DNA of 39,242 nucleotides from a virus (Duplodnaviria; Heunggongvirae; Uroviricota; Caudoviricetes): IMG/VR virus record IMGVR_UViG_2734482547_000015; one strand, 5' to 3'. Shown piece by piece: positions 36,182 to 39,242 of this stretch (position 1 is its first letter; each line of letters starts with the position of its first letter). The notes under the pieces were generated by a model. It saw only the letters and a program-made list of their open reading frames with translations, ran no database searches and was not told where the DNA came from. The position numbers and the translations under genes were made by a program.

Positions 36182-38272
36182 TCAGGCCAGTGGATCACTT
36201 TCTTTTAATTTTGCTTCGAGCAGTTGCAATCCCCGCTGGAAATTACGCTCGTATTCTTCATCAGGTTCATCGTCAGCGACCGGTTGCTGAACGGTCACCG
36301 TATTACCCACAGGGCGGTATATGTTTTCCAGCCATGGCTCCTGCGGCTTGTGCTCCAGCACGTTGACAACCTCATCCTCGGCATCACGGATTTTTTCCTC
36401 TGCGCGTTTACGCATACCTTTAAGGCGCTGTTGCTGTTTGTAGTATTCCGCGCTGACCGGGAAGGCTTCGCGTTTATTGCCGTCCCATACCGCCTCGCAA
36501 ATCACGCTGCCATCCGGGCGACGAACGGTAATTCGTTCGGCATCATGAATGTCATAGCTGATAAGCACCTTGCGGCCATGCTCATCACGCAGCTCGGGCG
36601 CGTAGTAAATATTGTTCAGCCAGCGTATTTCACAGCGTCTTACAGGGCGCTCCACCATCGGCCGGAACATGTCCCGCAATTCCACATCGGACAGCCATTC
36701 AATTTCCGTATCCTCTTCTGCCAGGCGTTTTTTTCTGAACTCCGCCGGGCTGTAATGCTTGCCGTTCGGCTTCACCGGTAATTCATCGTGCGGCCGGTTG
36801 TTGTACCACTCAACACCGTCACGAATGGCATCAATCAGTTCAGACCAGGACGGTAAATCACGCATCGCTGACTGCTGCCGGGCGTTCAGCCGTTTGCCCT
36901 GTTGCAGGGCAGTAAATGCCGAGCGTAAATCGCGGTTGGTTTTACGTAACGTCTCGCGATCTGCACCTTTCCCGAAATAGGTGCGGTATCTGCGGGCTAT
37001 GCGCATCGGTAATGTGCGGTTAAGCCGTTCGATAATGCCCCGTCCCTGCGGGTTACCGGCAATTCCGGTCGGGTGATTAATCCCCAGTCGCGGCAGTATC
37101 CCCACAATCTCTTTATCCAGGATGTCGGCCGTTTCCCCGGAGCCGTTATCCGAGTAATACAGAAACGGTTTGCCGTGATAGCGAATACCGTGCTGTATGG
37201 CGCCGGCTACGGCGAAAACATTTTCAGCCAGGTCAAGGCTCCAGCCCACCACAAAGCGCGTGCCACCGTCGATAACAAAGGTCACTTCCGGTGCAAATGG
37301 CCGCCCGTGAACCGGGTGCCTGCATTTCAGCTTCATGCCGTGACCGTCACCAATCCAGACATAATTAACCGGCATTTTTGACCAGTCGCGGCGCGTGAAT
37401 CCCTCAAGCTGGCGGTATTCACTGCCGGTCACCCGGCCTTTTTGTTTCACCACTTCCGGCAATTTTTTCATTGCGCGGCGAATAGTGTCATAAGAGGGCA
37501 TGATATCGAGCATATAAGGCTCATCAGCGTGCCGGTGCTGCCATTCGGCGACAAAATCCTCGTAAGCCTCGGTCATTGGTCGGCCGTTTGACTGGCGATA
37601 CTGCGCCAGAAATTCGGGCAGCCAGTTAATATCTTCGGCTTTTATTTCCTGGCGTTTACCCGGTGCCAGTAAAAGCAGGCGTTCAGCGGCGTTCTGTGCC
37701 TTGTTAAAGGCCGCAATCCAGCGTTTCAGCGTGATTTCACTCAACGCGCGGCGGTTTCCCTTTTTGGCGTTCGCTGTCTCAACCATTGCCACAATGCGCT
37801 CGTCCAGTTGTGAGCGTGACAGACGGTCAACAATAAACCGGATAGCTTTAGCGCAGCTGAAACCGGGTTGTTGCGCGAATTTCAGCACCTCGCTGACAAT
37901 CGCGATTCGTGCATCAGCCACCTGGCGCTGGTTTTCAGTCAGGGCATTGAGGCGTTCGACCATCAGTTGTGGTGAACCGCGATATGCCTCCACCGCATCA
38001 ACCACGTCAGGTGAGCGTCTGGCCTTTGTCACCACCGGAGCCGGTGATTCGTCGGCTTTTTGCGTCATCAGTTGCAGGGCGTAGCGTTCACGCAATGCCT
38101 GCTGCGTCACTTCAGGTAAACAGTCGATGCTGTATTCAGTTGCTTTAGAGCCTGAGCGACGACGGGAACAACAGCTTTTCCCTTGTGCGTAACGTTGTAA
38201 TGCCTGGCGAATACCTTTTGTTGTAGCAGGCATTCCGGGCGCGCCAATCAGTTCTTTTGCAATGACATACAT
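36182..38272 (-). CDS. A: DDE transposase A (MuA-like), 696 aa
   Basis: DDE catalytic motifs WIGDGHGM, YYSDNGSG, IIERLNRT; N-terminal DNA-binding region similar to Mu A. Confidence 0.92.
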   Translation of the reverse strand: MYVIAKELIGAPGMPATTKGIRQALQRYAQGKSCCSRRRSGSKATEYSIDCLPEVTQQALRERYALQLMTQKADESPAPVVTKARRSPDVVDAVEAYRGSPQLMVERLNALTENQRQVADARIAIVSEVLKFAQQPGFSCAKAIRFIVDRLSRSQLDERIVAMVETANAKKGNRRALSEITLKRWIAAFNKAQNAAERLLLLAPGKRQEIKAEDINWLPEFLAQYRQSNGRPMTEAYEDFVAEWQHRHADEPYMLDIMPSYDTIRRAMKKLPEVVKQKGRVTGSEYRQLEGFTRRDWSKMPVNYVWIGDGHGMKLKCRHPVHGRPFAPEVTFVIDGGTRFVVGWSLDLAENVFAVAGAIQHGIRYHGKPFLYYSDNGSGETADILDKEIVGILPRLGINHPTGIAGNPQGRGIIERLNRTLPMRIARRYRTYFGKGADRETLRKTNRDLRSAFTALQQGKRLNARQQSAMRDLPSWSELIDAIRDGVEWYNNRPHDELPVKPNGKHYSPAEFRKKRLAEEDTEIEWLSDVELRDMFRPMVERPVRRCEIRWLNNIYYAPELRDEHGRKVLISYDIHDAERITVRRPDGSVICEAVWDGNKREAFPVSAEYYKQQQRLKGMRKRAEEKIRDAEDEVVNVLEHKPQEPWLENIYRPVGNTVTVQQPVADDEPDEEYERNFQRGLQLLEAKLKESDPLA

Positions 38273-38273
38273 A

Positions 38274-38522
38274 TCATGACGCCTTTCTCATATAGCTCTT
38301 AACCTGGTATCTACTGGGCCAGATTTCTTCAGGCGATACCCCAAGAGCATCAGCAATTATTTGCTGATACGGGCGGCAAGGAGTACGTAATACGCTTTTC
38401 AGCGAGTCCCTGCTGTAACCAGCCTTTAAAGATAAAGAGCGCAGTGATAAGCCAGCCATGTGTAGGCGCGCCTTGATGATTTCTGGCGGCCAATCGTGAT
38501 CTGAAACTTCTCTTCTACTCAT
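38274..38522 (-). CDS. ner: Ner-like DNA-binding protein (82 aa)
   Basis: DWPPEIIKARLHMAGLSLRSLSLKAGY...QIIADALGVSPEEIWPSRYQ closely parallels Mu Ner. Confidence 0.85.
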   Translation of the reverse strand: MSRREVSDHDWPPEIIKARLHMAGLSLRSLSLKAGYSRDSLKSVLRTPCRPYQQIIADALGVSPEEIWPSRYQVKSYMRKAS

Positions 38523-38711
38523 ACTTCCTCTATCCTAAAAAGTTACCCGCGCGGATATTCGTACGGATATCTGTACGGGTAAATAATGCATCACTAAAAA
38601 TACCAAATCAAGGTATTTTTGGTATTTTCCTTGTTTTTTCTTTTATCCTTATTTTTCAATTGGATACACAGAAAGAAACCTTTCATTAGAAAAGCACCAA
38701 GAGGTATCTTT
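38523..38711. promoter_or_regulatory. Divergent early/repressor promoter-operator region with repeated GGTAT/ATACC and GTACGG motifs
   Basis: AAAATACCAAATCAAGGTATTTTTGGTATTTT contains inverted and direct repeats; CGTACGGATATCTGTACGG direct repeat; lies between divergently transcribed repressor and ner. Confidence 0.5.
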
Positions 38712-39242
38712 ATGTCGCAGGGAAAAGAACCTGTTATTGAACGTATTGGGATGCTTACAAAACGCTATCCTTCAAGAAGTGCAGCTGCCAGAGCGTGGGG
38801 AATTAATATCAACACATTAAACAGCTATTTCAAGGGAGGGCAAACACAACCAGCCCCAAGAGAAAGCATTCTTATACGAATTTCTAAAAGTGAAGGTGTT
38901 AGTCTTGAGTGGCTTAAAGAGGGCAAGGGAGAATCACCAAAAGACATTGGTATTTCTGGTGATTTTGGTTGTTCTGGTGATAAGGGAGATCAGCTTACAC
39001 AGATGCTTTCATTCCTCACGAAAGACGAACGAGAACAACTAACCAATCTCCTTGCTCGCAAAGGTGTAGAGACTGTTCTGACACTACTGGATAAAGAAAA
39101 CCAGGATTTATTACAACTAGAGGGCAGGAAGCGCCTGGCTGCTTTGATGATTGTGGATATGCCTGACGATAGTGTCAGAGAGATTTTGGAAAAAACCGAG
39201 ACAAGTAGGCAATCAAATCCGGTAGAATCTAAAGCGGGTTAG
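38712..39242 (+). CDS. Prophage repressor (Mu c-like role), 176 aa, N-terminal HTH-like region
   Basis: Divergent from ner across operator-like region; AAGAGG Shine-Dalgarno; position equivalent to Mu c. Confidence 0.65.
   Translation: MSQGKEPVIERIGMLTKRYPSRSAAARAWGININTLNSYFKGGQTQPAPRESILIRISKSEGVSLEWLKEGKGESPKDIGISGDFGCSGDKGDQLTQMLSFLTKDEREQLTNLLARKGVETVLTLLDKENQDLLQLEGRKRLAALMIVDMPDDSVREILEKTETSRQSNPVESKAG

Noticed and set aside
36224-36781. 185-aa plus-strand ORF
   Set aside because: Antisense within the transposase gene.

Overview
The window is almost entirely a Mu-like transposable prophage lying in inverted orientation (nearly all phage genes on the minus strand), with a short host flank at the left. 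From right to left: repressor (38712..39242, +), then on the minus strand ner-like, transposase A, ATPase B, a translationally coupled early region (Gam, GemA, Mor/C-family activator and about 15 uncharacterised small genes), a lysis cassette (SAR endolysin, overlapped spanin pair), packaging and head genes (terminase, portal, F, G, protease/scaffold, major capsid), tail genes (sheath, tube, chaperone, tape measure, N, P, baseplate, fibre), an invertible tail-fibre segment bounded by ~70-bp inverted repeats with an adjacent gin-type invertase, a ~3.5-kb cargo region (SASA-esterase protein plus three small genes), and com-mom. The prophage right end (~279-301) abuts a GH1 beta-glucosidase-like gene fragment; the left end lies beyond the window. 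The best candidates for undescribed biology are the cargo region between gin and com/mom and an AT-rich four-gene block in the early operon; their functions cannot be assigned from sequence alone. All family assignments are from reading the translated ORFs against remembered family features, not from database searches. Coordinates of non-ORF elements (repeats, hairpins) are approximate to about 2 bp.
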